From NCBI GenBank assembly GCA_963803145.1, contig CAWDLW010000051.1, positions 1-44,897 on the forward strand: a stretch of 44,897 nucleotides of DNA, read 5' to 3'. Every line of letters begins with the position of its first letter. The stretch's first letter is position 1. A program made the position numbers and the translations under genes. This DNA is from Methanotrichaceae archaeon. GTDB lineage: Archaea > Halobacteriota > Methanosarcinia > Methanotrichales > Methanotrichaceae. Under the pieces are notes generated by a model. It did not search any database and was not told where the DNA came from. It saw only the letters and a program-made list of their open reading frames with translations. Below are positions 1 to 10,077 of this stretch, one piece after another.

Positions 1-120
1 TAACGACCATTTTCATTCTATGGACGCGATTCAACTTCAATCTGAAAGACATAGCATTTTGTAGTTGAATGCATTTCGTTTGGTGGTAACAAAACAAAAA
101 TAAATTAGCGAGCAGCCAGC

Positions 121-2292
121 TTATGCTGGCCTCGCTCTTCCGAATCTTCTGTAGATATCCATTTCGCTTGCTGTAGGCTGCACCTTCTTCATGGCCTCAT
201 CGAAGTGCTTCTTTTCGATCTTGTAATCGCAGAATTGGGCCTCTTCCTTGGCCTTTCCGCTGATCACGCACTCCCTGATTGCCAGCATCGCGGCCTCGCT
301 GACTATGGCCGATAGGTCAGCGCCCGAATACTTATCGGTCCTCTTGGCGATATCCTCGAGGTTGATATCCTCGGCCATGGGCTTATTAGCCGTATGAATC
401 TTCAGTATCTCCAGCCTTGCCTTCTCGTCCGGCAAGCCAATCTCGATAAGCCTGTCGAACCTTCCGGGCCGAAGCAGTGCAGAATCAATTATATCTGGCC
501 TATTTGTGGCCGCTATCACTATTACGTTATGCAGTGCCTCTAGACCATCCAGCTCAGTCAGGATCTGGGATATCACACGCTCGGTTACGTGGGAGTCTGC
601 TGTGCCTCCAGCCCTGGACGGTGCAATAGAGTCGATCTCATCCAGGAAGATCACAGCTGGTGCTGCCTGCCTGGCCTTGCGGAATGTCTCGCGAACCGCT
701 TTCTCCGATTCGCCCACCCACTTGCTCAGGAACTCGGGTCCTTTTACGCTTATGAAGTTAGCCTGGCTCTCGGTTGCGACAGCCTTGGCAATCATTGTCT
801 TTCCCGTTCCAGGAGGTCCATAGAGCAGGACTCCTTTAGGAGGTGTCGCATTCATGTGCTGGAAGAGCTTGGCGTATGTCAGAGGCCATTCAACTGACTC
901 TATAAGCTCCTGCTTCACATCTCCTAGACCACCTATATCGTCCCAGTGAACATCCGGCGACTCAACCATGACCTCACGCATTGCTGACGGCTCCATCTCC
1001 CTGAGCGCATCGAGGAAGTCATCGTTGTTGACCTCGATCTTATTTAATACCTCTACAGGTATCGATTCTACTTCTAGATCGAGCTCAGGCAATATACGGC
1101 GCAGGGAACGCATACCTGCCTCACGAGCGAGGGCTGCCAGATCTGCTCCGACGAAACCGTGGGTTACTGCTGCCAGCTTCTGCTGGTCAACATCCTTGGA
1201 GAGCGGCATCCCACGAGTATGGATCAGGAGAACCTCAAGCCTTGATTCCTTATTAGGAACGCCTATCTCGATCTCACGATCAAAGCGTCCTGGCCTTCGC
1301 AGAGCTGGATCAAGAGCATCTGGCCGGTTTGTCGCGCCTATAACGACGACTTTCCCTCGCGCCTCCATGCCATCCATAAGTGCAAGGAGCTGTGCGACAA
1401 CACGGCGCTCTACCTCGCCTGTTACCTCTTCACGCTTGGGTGCAATAGAGTCGATCTCATCAATCAGGATGATTGAAGGCGCCTGCTCCTCAGCCGTCTT
1501 GAAGAGCTGTCTTAGCTTCTCCTCGGACTCGCCATAATACTTAGACATGATCTCCGGGCCGCTCAACGTCTCGAAATGAGCGTTCGTTTCAGATGCCAGG
1601 GCGCGGGCGAGCAGCGTCTTTCCTGTGCCGGGAGGACCGAAGAGAAGAACTCCTTTGGGCGCCTCTACACCTAAACGCTCGAACAACTCAGGATGCTTCA
1701 TGGGCAGCTCTATCATCTCTCGGACTTTCTTGATCTCAGGCCCGAGTCCTCCTATGTCCTCATAGGTAACCCTGGGCACAGCCTTCTCTTCCTTTGCGGG
1801 CTTCTCAGAGATCTGTATTGTAGTCCGATCTCCTATGACGACAGCGTCCTTGGCGGGCGTGACTCTGACGGCCATTAACTCTATCTTCCTGCCCATGACG
1901 CTTATCTCTATGATGTCTCCACGGGTTATGACACGGCCCTCCATGTACCTCTTTAGGTACTCCTCGCCGCCGGTTATGCGCAAAGGAACTGTCGGAGCAA
2001 AGACAATAGTGTCTGCAGGAGCTGATTGGATTACCTTTACAGTAATGCGATCATCGATGCTGACACTTGCGTTTCTCCTGATATTACCATCCAAGCGAAT
2101 TGTTCCTGTGCCCGTGTCATCAGGATAGCCTGGCCAGAGCAATGCTGCAGTCCTCTTCTTTCCTTGGATGCTGATTACATCCCCGGCCTCCCAGCCCTGT
2201 TGCCTGAATACTGTCGGGTCTACTCTGGCGATGCCCCTTCCAACATCAGATGGGCGTGCCTCGATAACTTTAAGTGAGATCTCTTCGGCCAT
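121..2292 (-). CDS. cdc48: CDC48/VAT family AAA+ ATPase
   Basis: N-domain ([10 protein letters not shown]), two AAA modules with GPPGTGKT Walker A, DEID Walker B and second-region-of-homology motifs; GGAGG RBS upstream. Confidence 0.97.
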   Translation of the reverse strand: MAEEISLKVIEARPSDVGRGIARVDPTVFRQQGWEAGDVISIQGKKRTAALLWPGYPDDTGTGTIRLDGNIRRNASVSIDDRITVKVIQSAPADTIVFAPTVPLRITGGEEYLKRYMEGRVITRGDIIEISVMGRKIELMAVRVTPAKDAVVIGDRTTIQISEKPAKEEKAVPRVTYEDIGGLGPEIKKVREMIELPMKHPELFERLGVEAPKGVLLFGPPGTGKTLLARALASETNAHFETLSGPEIMSKYYGESEEKLRQLFKTAEEQAPSIILIDEIDSIAPKREEVTGEVERRVVAQLLALMDGMEARGKVVVIGATNRPDALDPALRRPGRFDREIEIGVPNKESRLEVLLIHTRGMPLSKDVDQQKLAAVTHGFVGADLAALAREAGMRSLRRILPELDLEVESIPVEVLNKIEVNNDDFLDALREMEPSAMREVMVESPDVHWDDIGGLGDVKQELIESVEWPLTYAKLFQHMNATPPKGVLLYGPPGTGKTMIAKAVATESQANFISVKGPEFLSKWVGESEKAVRETFRKARQAAPAVIFLDEIDSIAPSRAGGTADSHVTERVISQILTELDGLEALHNVIVIAATNRPDIIDSALLRPGRFDRLIEIGLPDEKARLEILKIHTANKPMAEDINLEDIAKRTDKYSGADLSAIVSEAAMLAIRECVISGKAKEEAQFCDYKIEKKHFDEAMKKVQPTASEMDIYRRFGRARPA

Positions 2293-2665
2293 AAAAACCT
2301 CCGATATAAATATTCATTCGCCTCTCAAGCTTAAGTAATTTTTTAACTGTTCTATTTCACGATTTGATATTCTGAACTTCGATTCATACTGGAAGACTAA
2401 ATTGCAGGATAGTTCATTGATCTACTCAGATCTTTGCGAACGCATCTTGCATTTACTTTCCAGCTACCGTATACTTGTGATTACTAACCTATAGTTAGTG
2501 ATGTTTAGTATTTAAACTTTATGTAGGATGTGGCTTTGCACGTAAAGCCTGTTCTGCACGCAAAGTCTAAGACTTGCACGTAAAGTGACAGGTACATTCA
2601 TTGCATTGGTTATATTCTTCGATAAGCAATTTGATTAAACTTTGGAAATATTAAGAGATCACGAT

Positions 2666-3256
2666 CTAGCGTCTAGGTTCTTTTTTATGGGCTTCGAAGT
2701 TGAATTTTTTTAGCAGCCACTCTAACAATGCCTCTTGGTCTTGTATTGTAGCACGTCGTACTTGGGCAAGAAGCAAAATGCGGTCAGGTTTTGGCGGTGA
2801 ACTATTCTGCAATCCCTCATTACAATTCGTGCAAACCGCCCTTAAATTTTGTGGGGAATCATCGCCTCCCTTCGATTTATCTATAATATGCCCAATTGTC
2901 AATCGGACCGTTCTCTCTGAATTGAATGGGTCCAGGTCACCTGCTGCCATGCCGCACATTTGACAGGTATACCCATTTCTTTCTAAGACATACGCGCGTG
3001 TTTCCTTTGATACATCGCGTTTGAAGGCAGGCAATCGCGCCGTCGTTTCCAGAATATACTGATTCGGCTTCAAATCGGCGCGGTCCTTATGGGAAAGTAT
3101 TTGGTAGCCATCCTCATTACGAAGTTCTCGGACTCTGCGAGCCCACTCTACCGCACCACCGCTGGCGGCTTGGATATCACGCGACTCCAAGACTCTTCCA
3201 ATGTTGTTCATGAAATATTCAAGGATTTTTTGTTTTGACCCTGGTTTTCTTGGCAT
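2666..3256 (-). CDS. wHTH-HNH endonuclease, putative type II restriction enzyme
   Basis: N-terminal HTH-like WARRVRELR; CxxC...GHIIDKSKGG...NL..CxxCN HNH motif; overlaps the methylase 3' end. Confidence 0.85.
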   Translation of the reverse strand: MPRKPGSKQKILEYFMNNIGRVLESRDIQAASGGAVEWARRVRELRNEDGYQILSHKDRADLKPNQYILETTARLPAFKRDVSKETRAYVLERNGYTCQMCGMAAGDLDPFNSERTVRLTIGHIIDKSKGGDDSPQNLRAVCTNCNEGLQNSSPPKPDRILLLAQVRRATIQDQEALLEWLLKKFNFEAHKKEPRR

Positions 3257-4079
3257 TCTTAGTTCGCACCTTACTCATTTCGACATACGAAGGATTGATC
3301 TCTATTAGTACCGACTCACGGTTAAGTTCTTGCGCGGCGAAGCCCGTTGTACCGCACCCTCCGAAAGGGTCAAGGACCGTATCGCCTTCGCTGGAGCCCA
3401 ATAGAATGCACCGCCGCGCGAGCTCTCTGGGGAATGCCGCTGGATGGCCACAGGCATTCGGGTCAGGCCCCAGCACCCAATAATTTCTAAGATTTGCCCC
3501 CGTTGGTTCCCTCACACCATCTGGGTTGTAGTAGTATTTTATGGACTTTGCAAATAAGAAAATATCCTCTGTCGCGTTTGTCGGTCGATTTTTCACGCTT
3601 TCAGGCATTGCAGATTTCTTTATCCACGTTATTCTTGAACGCAATATCCATCCATCTGCCTGCAATGCGAAAGCAACGCGCCAAGGTAACCCCATCAAAT
3701 CTCTGTCTTTCAACCCCCAACAGTTAGGAACCTTACAATTGCGCCTCTGGATTAGTTTTCTTGTATTCCCAACAATCGCATTCGGGCCACAATTTCCCAC
3801 ACCACCATTCCTTGCATAACCGTCCCCCACATTCAACCAGAGAGTCCCATCCTTGCGCAACACGCGACGGACATCTCGGAATATTTTTACGAGATTTTCG
3901 ACATAAATCTCTGGTGAGGGTTCGGCCCCGATTTGACTTGGATGATCATAATCTCGCAGGCCCCAATACGGCGGTGACGTAACACAACATTGTATGTATT
4001 CGGCTTGTAATGTCGGCAGCACTTCCAGGCAATCCCCTATTATTACTCTAGGCGCGAACAAATTTGCATATCCGATCAT
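3219..4079 (-). CDS. Beta-class site-specific DNA methyltransferase (likely N4-cytosine)
   Basis: TSPPY motif IV near the N-terminus; HPAAFP and VLDPFGGCGTTG motif I near the C-terminus. Confidence 0.92.
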   Translation of the reverse strand: MIGYANLFAPRVIIGDCLEVLPTLQAEYIQCCVTSPPYWGLRDYDHPSQIGAEPSPEIYVENLVKIFRDVRRVLRKDGTLWLNVGDGYARNGGVGNCGPNAIVGNTRKLIQRRNCKVPNCWGLKDRDLMGLPWRVAFALQADGWILRSRITWIKKSAMPESVKNRPTNATEDIFLFAKSIKYYYNPDGVREPTGANLRNYWVLGPDPNACGHPAAFPRELARRCILLGSSEGDTVLDPFGGCGTTGFAAQELNRESVLIEINPSYVEMSKVRTKNAKKTRVKTKNP

Positions 4080-4559
4080 TATACATTCACCGATCTGTGT
4101 TTTCTGAGATTGATTTTGGGTTCAGTCTCTTATAGACCTTAGCATTTTCATTACCCATGCAATCATCCTTTCCGGTGGATTCAGCCTCCATACTAATAGG
4201 CTCTAACTTGACGTAAAGTTTCCCATTTTTAGAGGGGACAAATTGCCACCTAAGCGTATCACCTCCCTTTGTACGAAAAATGGGATCCACCCAGACGTCC
4301 TGCATGTAAAGTCTAAGGGATGCAAGTAAAGTAGGGCCAAAAAGGCCCTTTACGTGCAAAGCCGTGGATGTCAGTCATTGAGGGTTAGATATTCTAGCGC
4401 ATGCATCCGCGGAAGGCAAAATGATAACGGCGTTTAGCCTCATATCCCAAAACGCGTGCATAGGCAAAGCTATGCGCGAATCGAGACATGAAATTATAGT
4501 GCTTCTCTCAACTTTTTGCCTTATACTTTTCCTGCCTTAATCCCATGTTCTTTCGTCGC

Positions 4560-4630
4560 TCTTCGTGTCTTTGTGCCTTCGTGGTTGGCCGTCACTGAAC
4601 GCTCACCACAAAGACACGAAGGCACAAAGA
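4560..4630. repeat. Inverted repeat built of CTTYGTGY units (long hairpin)
   Basis: CTTCGTGTCTTTGTGCCTTCGTGGT ... ACCACAAAGACACGAAGGCACAAAG arms with a ~19-nt spacer. Confidence 0.75.
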
Positions 4631-4848
4631 ACGGGTTTGGAGGCTCGAATTTATTGGGCAATTAGTCGAAAGAAGGACTATAGTAATAATAAAAGCAAAA
4701 ATAGGTTATGCTATCTGTGATGCCATAAGATAGGGCAATTTGTGATCTAATGCTGCCCGACTATGCCATGAAGATCTAAAGGTACAGAGCCGCTATATAC
4801 CAAGCCATTACTCAGCAATCGAGCTATTCTTGATCTCAGGATGGTCTC

Positions 4849-5295
4849 TCATCTCAGCTTTTCAGCCGTCTCTTCCATTGAACTCCGCTCTGCCATGCTA
4901 GCCAAGATCTTCGGAGACTCCTGGAAGCCCTCGAGGGCATTGAAGAACCTATCCAGAGGATCGCCTTTGTAAGTTGGAACCAAGAAGATGTGGGTATGAG
5001 GTATCCTTCTCCCCCGAGCATACATACAGACAAAATCAGGCTTGAATGCCTTCATGATTCTACCAGCCACAATTCTTGCTACGCTGAAAAGACTTTCAGT
5101 CTCCCGAGCAGTTAGATCATGCCACCAGGGAACATGCCTTTTCGGTATCACTAAGCAATGGCCCTCAGCAAGAGGGTTGATGTCAAGTATCGCCAGCGAT
5201 AGATCATCCTCATAAACTCGATGGGCCTCTGCATTGCCAGCAACTATTCGGCAGAAGATACAGCGATTATCACTGCTCTGATCATCCCCGGTCAT
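4849..5295 (-). CDS. HIT family hydrolase
   Basis: CIFC, GHCLVIPKRH, IPHTHIFL (variant HxHxH); start moved to ATG 5295, which has a GAGGT RBS. Confidence 0.9.
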   Translation of the reverse strand: MTGDDQSSDNRCIFCRIVAGNAEAHRVYEDDLSLAILDINPLAEGHCLVIPKRHVPWWHDLTARETESLFSVARIVAGRIMKAFKPDFVCMYARGRRIPHTHIFLVPTYKGDPLDRFFNALEGFQESPKILASMAERSSMEETAEKLR

Positions 5296-5332
5296 TGTAA
5301 CCACATCTACCTCAAAGTCTTCAAAGATGATC

Positions 5333-6136
5333 TTATCTATTATTCTTCGCATCAATAGCGACTAGAAAATCGTCCATGATCTTGTTAAATTCTTCTGGTT
5401 TGTCCATTTGCAGCCAGTGGCCAGTGCCCGCCATCCGTATGTAGGGCAGGCTTGTATCGATCCTATGAAGACTGAAGGGCATATCGTTGAGATGGGTGAT
5501 TATAGATAGCTTTGGCCCATGATAGCTTCGTAATGCAGGAAAAGGATCATACTCAAGAGTTGCCTTGAATGTGCCTATAACTGTCTCACGCGACGTATTT
5601 CGTAAATCTTGCAATATCTTTTCTCGTACGTCAGGCCTCGCTCCAACCAAGAGCTGGCTATAGTAGTCTTCGATGACCTTAGGATAGTAATTCGACTCCA
5701 AGGCCGAGAGGAATTGGCGCATCTGCTCCTCCGGCACCATTCTCGCATCACCTGATGGATCGGCAAGAAGAAGTCCTGCAACCCTTTCGGGGTGCGAGCC
5801 CGCATATGCTATGGCTACTGTTCCCCCAAAGCTGTGGCCTATGAGGACAAACTTATCGATACCTAAATTGTCGGCGACCGCATCTACATCTTCGGCTTGA
5901 GATTCAATCGAATAGTCTCCATCTTTGGGAGGCGGAGAACGGCCATGCCCTCGCAGATCAAAGGCTACAGCACGCCTATTCGTTCGCAGATGCTTAAGCT
6001 GAGCGTCCCAGTGCGAAGAGTTGCCCGCCAGGGAGTGCAAGAATATTACAGGCATTCCACCTGATCCGCCATCATCTAAGCTGAGGCGAGGAGTTCTTGC
6101 AGTTGCTTCAATATATGATAAAGCCGTTTCTACCAT
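5333..6136 (-). CDS. Alpha/beta fold hydrolase
   Basis: FDLRGHG, GHSFGG nucleophile elbow, GHW catalytic His. Confidence 0.92.
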   Translation of the reverse strand: MVETALSYIEATARTPRLSLDDGGSGGMPVIFLHSLAGNSSHWDAQLKHLRTNRRAVAFDLRGHGRSPPPKDGDYSIESQAEDVDAVADNLGIDKFVLIGHSFGGTVAIAYAGSHPERVAGLLLADPSGDARMVPEEQMRQFLSALESNYYPKVIEDYYSQLLVGARPDVREKILQDLRNTSRETVIGTFKATLEYDPFPALRSYHGPKLSIITHLNDMPFSLHRIDTSLPYIRMAGTGHWLQMDKPEEFNKIMDDFLVAIDAKNNR

Positions 6137-6189
6137 CTTTATAGCCTGTGGATCTTGCTGCCGCAGTACCTCACCAAACTTATGCTAGC

Positions 6190-6537
6190 TTATACGCCGC
6201 ACCCACCGCCAGACTCGTATGCTTCTCTTACCTTAGCCAGGGTTCCAGAGGACAGTTTTCCCAATAGAACCTCAAAGAATACATCCGCATACTCCGGATA
6301 GAGACATCCAAGGCTCTCCGAGCCGTCGATCACACGGTCTGTCAGATAGTTCAGATCCTCTGTAGATAGCCGCTTCAGCCTCTCACCGAAGTCCCTTTCA
6401 TCCTTTGAGTGGTGGTTTGCAACAGGGGGCAGTATGTTCATATACTCCAGATCGATTCCCTGAGAAATTAGCTCGTCGAACTCAGGGACGAGCTTTCTAA
6501 GTATCTCCCTATCCTTATCGCTAAGCTCCCTTGCCAT
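6190..6537 (-). CDS. Conserved hypothetical protein
   Basis: GAGGT RBS, co-oriented in the operon, PPVANHHS motif; function not recognised. Confidence 0.75.
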   Translation of the reverse strand: MARELSDKDREILRKLVPEFDELISQGIDLEYMNILPPVANHHSKDERDFGERLKRLSTEDLNYLTDRVIDGSESLGCLYPEYADVFFEVLLGKLSSGTLAKVREAYESGGGCGV

Positions 6538-6584
6538 AGAACCTCAATGTCAATATCGAAATAAAGTTTAGCCTATAGACTGGC

Positions 6585-6896
6585 CTAGCCTACGGACTGG
6601 CCGATCCATTCGAGGTAGCGTTCATCGCCTCCAACTATTGGAATTGCAATGATCTCAGGCAGCTCATAGCTGTGGAGCTCCTTTATTCGAGCCTTGATCT
6701 TATCCGCCAAACTCTGCTCGGTCTTTATTATCATCAGCTCCTCGCGCTCGTCTGTTAGCCTTCCGTTCCAAACAAAATACGACCTGATCTGGGAAATATT
6801 TACACAGGCTGCCAGTCTCTCCTCAACAAGCGCTCTGGCAATCTTGTCAGCACCACCTGGAGGCGCGGTGCATAATAGTATCATGAACTCAGTCAT
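6585..6896 (-). CDS. cutA: Divalent-cation tolerance protein CutA
   Basis: LVEERLAACVN and HSYELPEII motifs. Confidence 0.93.
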   Translation of the reverse strand: MTEFMILLCTAPPGGADKIARALVEERLAACVNISQIRSYFVWNGRLTDEREELMIIKTEQSLADKIKARIKELHSYELPEIIAIPIVGGDERYLEWIGQSVG

Positions 6897-7284
6897 GTCC
6901 TACCCATCGCTCCCCGTTCGTTGCTAGCTCCTTCTTCCAGATCGGCACTCTTGCCTTGAGCTCCTCAATGATGTAGCTGCATCCTTCGAACGCTTCTCTT
7001 CTGTGGCTAGCTGCACAGACTATGAGTGCAATATTATCCCCAACTGAGAGAGAGCCGATACGGTGGATTATATCAACAGACTTCAAATCGAACTTATGCA
7101 CTGCCTCATCGCGTATCTTTTCAAGCTCCGGCAGGGCGGCATCTCTGTAAGCCTCAAGCTCCATCCTTTGGATGTTATCGTTTCTGACTGTGCCAAGAAA
7201 TGTAACGATAGCACCGACATCCTCTCTTTTTGCCTTGCTTACAATCTCATCTATAGAGAAATCTCTCTCGGTGATATCGATCAT
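6889..7284 (-). CDS. moaE: Molybdopterin synthase catalytic subunit
   Basis: GAIVTFLGTVR, HRIG, HRREAF and PIWKKE motifs. Confidence 0.95.
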   Translation of the reverse strand: MIDITERDFSIDEIVSKAKREDVGAIVTFLGTVRNDNIQRMELEAYRDAALPELEKIRDEAVHKFDLKSVDIIHRIGSLSVGDNIALIVCAASHRREAFEGCSYIIEELKARVPIWKKELATNGERWVGHD

Positions 7285-7287
7285 GAG

Positions 7288-7647
7288 CTATTTCTTCCAC
7301 ACATTCTGGTAATCGACTTGTGTTGGCTCGACCTTCAATTCACCCTTTTTGAGAGAGGCCTTTATCTTCTCCGCTTCACGGTTCCTGAGCCTCTGGATCT
7401 CCTCCTCCGACTCAATAGTCATGACGAAGGCTCCATGGCACGGTTTGACGTAGGTGAAGACAAGATTGTTTCCCTTAGCACCTATGGCGATAGGAGGAAC
7501 ACCTATGATGTAGTAATCTTTGAAAATCTTATAGCCCGGATCTACGTAATAGACCTCATCAGCATTCTTTTCAATGAACTGACGGGCCTCCTTGAAGGAT
7601 GTCCTCTCAAGAAGAAGCTTATACTTCATCTGCTCAATACAGCTCAT
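7288..7647 (-). CDS. DUF1894 domain protein (methanogen-associated)
   Basis: MSCI start, SFKEAR, YIIGVPPI and KPCHG motifs; adjacent to DUF1890. Confidence 0.85.
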   Translation of the reverse strand: MSCIEQMKYKLLLERTSFKEARQFIEKNADEVYYVDPGYKIFKDYYIIGVPPIAIGAKGNNLVFTYVKPCHGAFVMTIESEEEIQRLRNREAEKIKASLKKGELKVEPTQVDYQNVWKK

Positions 7648-8090
7648 AGCTCCACCCTGTCCAGCTTGCTCTTTAGTGGAATGGGGTTGTGAACAGCCTT
7701 TGCCACAATCTTTTCTGCAGGGAACTCTATTGTATCTGCTAGCGCCTCCGATCCTTTTCCAAAGACCACTGCATAGATTTTCGCCTGCGATATAGCGCTT
7801 AAAGTGGCTGCATAAGTCACTCCGGCATCATTGTGCATGAAGGCAAAGCATATATCAAAGTCCCTCTTGCGCTCAACTATATCCGCGATACACTGATCTA
7901 CATCAATCGTGTTCTTAACATAATAGCCCTCTGGATCTGCCACCATCAAGAGCTTCAGGGCCGCATCTGTGCCTGCGAGCGTAACGTTGAAGCCCTTCTT
8001 GTTCAGCATGTTTGAAAGGTAGAGAACTATACTCGTCTGAACAGGAACCTCAGGGCAGCCCATCATAAGAAGTACATTACGACCTGCCAT
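7644..8090 (-). CDS. DUF1890 domain protein (methanogen-associated)
   Basis: MGCPEVPVQT, DPEGYY, FMHNDAG and AVHNP motifs. Confidence 0.88.
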   Translation of the reverse strand: MAGRNVLLMMGCPEVPVQTSIVLYLSNMLNKKGFNVTLAGTDAALKLLMVADPEGYYVKNTIDVDQCIADIVERKRDFDICFAFMHNDAGVTYAATLSAISQAKIYAVVFGKGSEALADTIEFPAEKIVAKAVHNPIPLKSKLDRVEL

Positions 8091-8205
8091 CTTTTATCAT
8101 CCCTTGAGCACCATTTTTTTCAAACTAGATTAACCTATCATTCTCTCGAACTTTTCCATAGCTATCTTAACATCCGTTTCATGAAACTTTAGGATTGCCT
8201 CTTCC

Positions 8206-8412
8206 TCAGCCACCGTGCACAATCCTTACGATTTTTAGCTCATCCTCTGCTCGAGCCATCTCAAGCTCAGAAACTATTTTACCGTTCTTCGCAACAATTA
8301 CCTCGACAGGATTTATATCCAGCAGCTTCAGAATATCCTCTATAACCATTGTTTCAATCGATATCTCTTTTGTAACGCCATCCTGTAATGTTATCTTCAT
8401 CTTATCAAACAT
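8206..8412 (-). CDS. MoaD/ThiS/SAMP-type sulfur carrier
   Basis: 68-aa beta-grasp-like sequence, VAKNG, C-terminal GG. Confidence 0.9.
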   Translation of the reverse strand: MFDKMKITLQDGVTKEISIETMVIEDILKLLDINPVEVIVAKNGKIVSELEMARAEDELKIVRIVHGG

Positions 8413-9397
8413 CTCTATGGGGAGTTATATCACATCCGGTACAGGGAAGACACATGGTCTTGGCCTCGTCGGCACGGAGGTCCTGTTCATCCAGCGCCTT
8501 CCTGACATACCGCGAAAGCTTAAGCAGCCTTTCTGCAGAGGGCCTTTGAACCTGGACTTCGCCTGCTCTCAAAGGATGTGGCGATATTGGCCTGAGGATT
8601 GGTATCACACCCATCTTTGTGAGCAGGTCTACGCCCGATGTGACGCTATTATCGCTCTCGCCGAGGCCGATGATGAAGTTCGATGCAACTTTGTTTCTGC
8701 CGAAAATCTTAACTGCTTTCGCTAGCGCTTCCAGGACAAAAGCCAGCGATAGTCCTGGGCAGTACAGCATAAAGATCCTAGGGTCCATTGTCTCAACGTT
8801 ATATTTTATCTCAGTGGCTCCGGCAGCGAAAAGCTCCTCTGATGAGGTATCCGTAGGATAAACCGAAACGCCAATCGGCAAGTCACATCGCTCACGTAGT
8901 GTCTTTACTATCTCTACAGCCTTTCTTACCTCATCCTCAGGCGACTCAGCCACACCACTTGTAAGAGAGATTGCCCTGAGATTTCCGGTCTGTTTTGCTT
9001 CTTCCACCATCATCAGGATCGACTCTGTGCTCTTGATTTCGCCATCGAGCTTTGGCACAGGGCAGAATTTGCAATCATAGACACATCTCCCGCTTATAGT
9101 CAGGTACGCCTGCTCAGGACAGTGGCTAAGCGCTGGCTCAAGCTTGCCTGTAACAATTATTTGTCCATCCCTGATAACTGCTACATCGGAACAGCAGCTT
9201 ACTACCTTCAGCGGTGAGTTCTTGTTTATAGATAGCCTCACCCTGTGGCCGCCGGATTTTATGAAGAATGACTCGAGACCTGCACCGGGGCCTGCGCTGG
9301 GAATTGTCGTCCTAGTAGCTTCTCTTAAAAGACCTTCGTCGATGTCGGCGCTGTCTATGCTTACCAGCAACGCCTTGATCTCAGCATTCATCTCCAT
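8405..9397 (-). CDS. Radical SAM protein (biotin synthase-related, methanogen type)
   Basis: CVYDCKFC cluster motif; HCP and C-terminal CxxCxxC. Confidence 0.9.
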   Translation of the reverse strand: MEMNAEIKALLVSIDSADIDEGLLREATRTTIPSAGPGAGLESFFIKSGGHRVRLSINKNSPLKVVSCCSDVAVIRDGQIIVTGKLEPALSHCPEQAYLTISGRCVYDCKFCPVPKLDGEIKSTESILMMVEEAKQTGNLRAISLTSGVAESPEDEVRKAVEIVKTLRERCDLPIGVSVYPTDTSSEELFAAGATEIKYNVETMDPRIFMLYCPGLSLAFVLEALAKAVKIFGRNKVASNFIIGLGESDNSVTSGVDLLTKMGVIPILRPISPHPLRAGEVQVQRPSAERLLKLSRYVRKALDEQDLRADEAKTMCLPCTGCDITPHRDV

Positions 9398-9559
9398 TTT
9401 TGCGCCTCAAATAGCCTCTATGGGCTTGAAAAGGCTATAGCCTATTGATTGTGCTCTGCTGCAGCTAGCCGGAATTATTCGTTAAAGCCAAAGTCCGGAT
9501 CTAAATGGATTGATATCGCCTTGTAGCAACTTAATTAGTCGTTTTGCCATCCCAGCCCA

Positions 9560-9575
9560 GTTCACGATTGTTAAC
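9560..9575 (-). promoter_or_regulatory. Palindromic operator GTTCACGATTGTTAAC
   Basis: Starts 28 bp downstream of the minus-strand TTATATA box that drives the radical SAM operon; matches sites at 27043, 30888 and 33589. Confidence 0.7.
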
Positions 9576-9863
9576 AGGCCATTAGAGATGGTTTTGTATA
9601 TAAAAATTGGGGTTATGGCAAAGGAATATTTTCAGATTTATGCTCAAAGTTACGTAATGCGACTTATCTTAAGTTGTTTTCAGAGTTATTAACCAAATAA
9701 CACATAAATATAAAATCCTCATGGTTCTATGAATCGTTACTCAAGTATGAAACCCGATATACGGCACGAGTTTTTATAGGGATACATAATATATTCAGTA
9801 TCTTAACCTGCAGTTGAAACTCAATAGCCTTTTACTTCCTATTGGGATTACTACTGGCAATAT

Positions 9864-9928
9864 TTTAGCGCACTCAGTTGCCGTGCGGGCTATCCCTAAC
9901 CCTCATTCGGGAGAGATTTTGGAAAACG
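9864..9928 (+). repeat. ~65-bp structured intergenic repeat, copy 1
   Basis: TAGCGCACTCAGTTGCCGTGCGGGCTATCCCTAACCCTC...TTTGGAAAACG aligns with copies at 17713 and 19155. Confidence 0.8.
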
Positions 9929-10077
9929 CATGCCACAAGTTTAATCCTATTTAGAAATTTTTATATGTTATGAGAAGTATAATGTTTTATCAAGCTTCAC
10001 GGCGATATATAATCGTTTCTTTTCGCCAATCAAGCGGTCGCTGGAATATCCTTTAAGTTTAAAAATGGAGGAACAAG

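Larger units (their letters stand above)
2532..4363. mobile_element. Non-autonomous TIR-bounded element carrying a putative restriction-modification pair
   Basis: Perfect 16-bp TIR GGCTTTGCACGTAAAG (2532-2547; inverted at 4348-4363); subterminal TGCAYGYAAAG-like repeats; flanks GTAGGATGT / GTGGATGT resemble a decayed target duplication; no transposase inside. Confidence 0.7.

Noticed and set aside
506-2277. Many antisense or alternate-frame ORFs over cdc48 (and likewise over other long genes)
   Set aside because: Shadow ORFs of well-supported genes with no independent motifs
2538-2586. Three TGCACGYAAAG repeats as a mini-CRISPR or iteron array
   Set aside because: Repeats are 11 bp with spacers under 10 bp and no cas or rep gene; better explained as transposon end motifs
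4087-4359. 90-aa ORF inside the R-M element
   Set aside because: Starts within the terminal repeat, with no recognisable motif or RBS; probably spurious or a fragment
8130-8213. 27-codon minus-strand ORF (VAEEEAILKFHETDVK...) overlapping the MoaD stop
   Set aside because: Too short, no motif; cannot distinguish a remnant from chance
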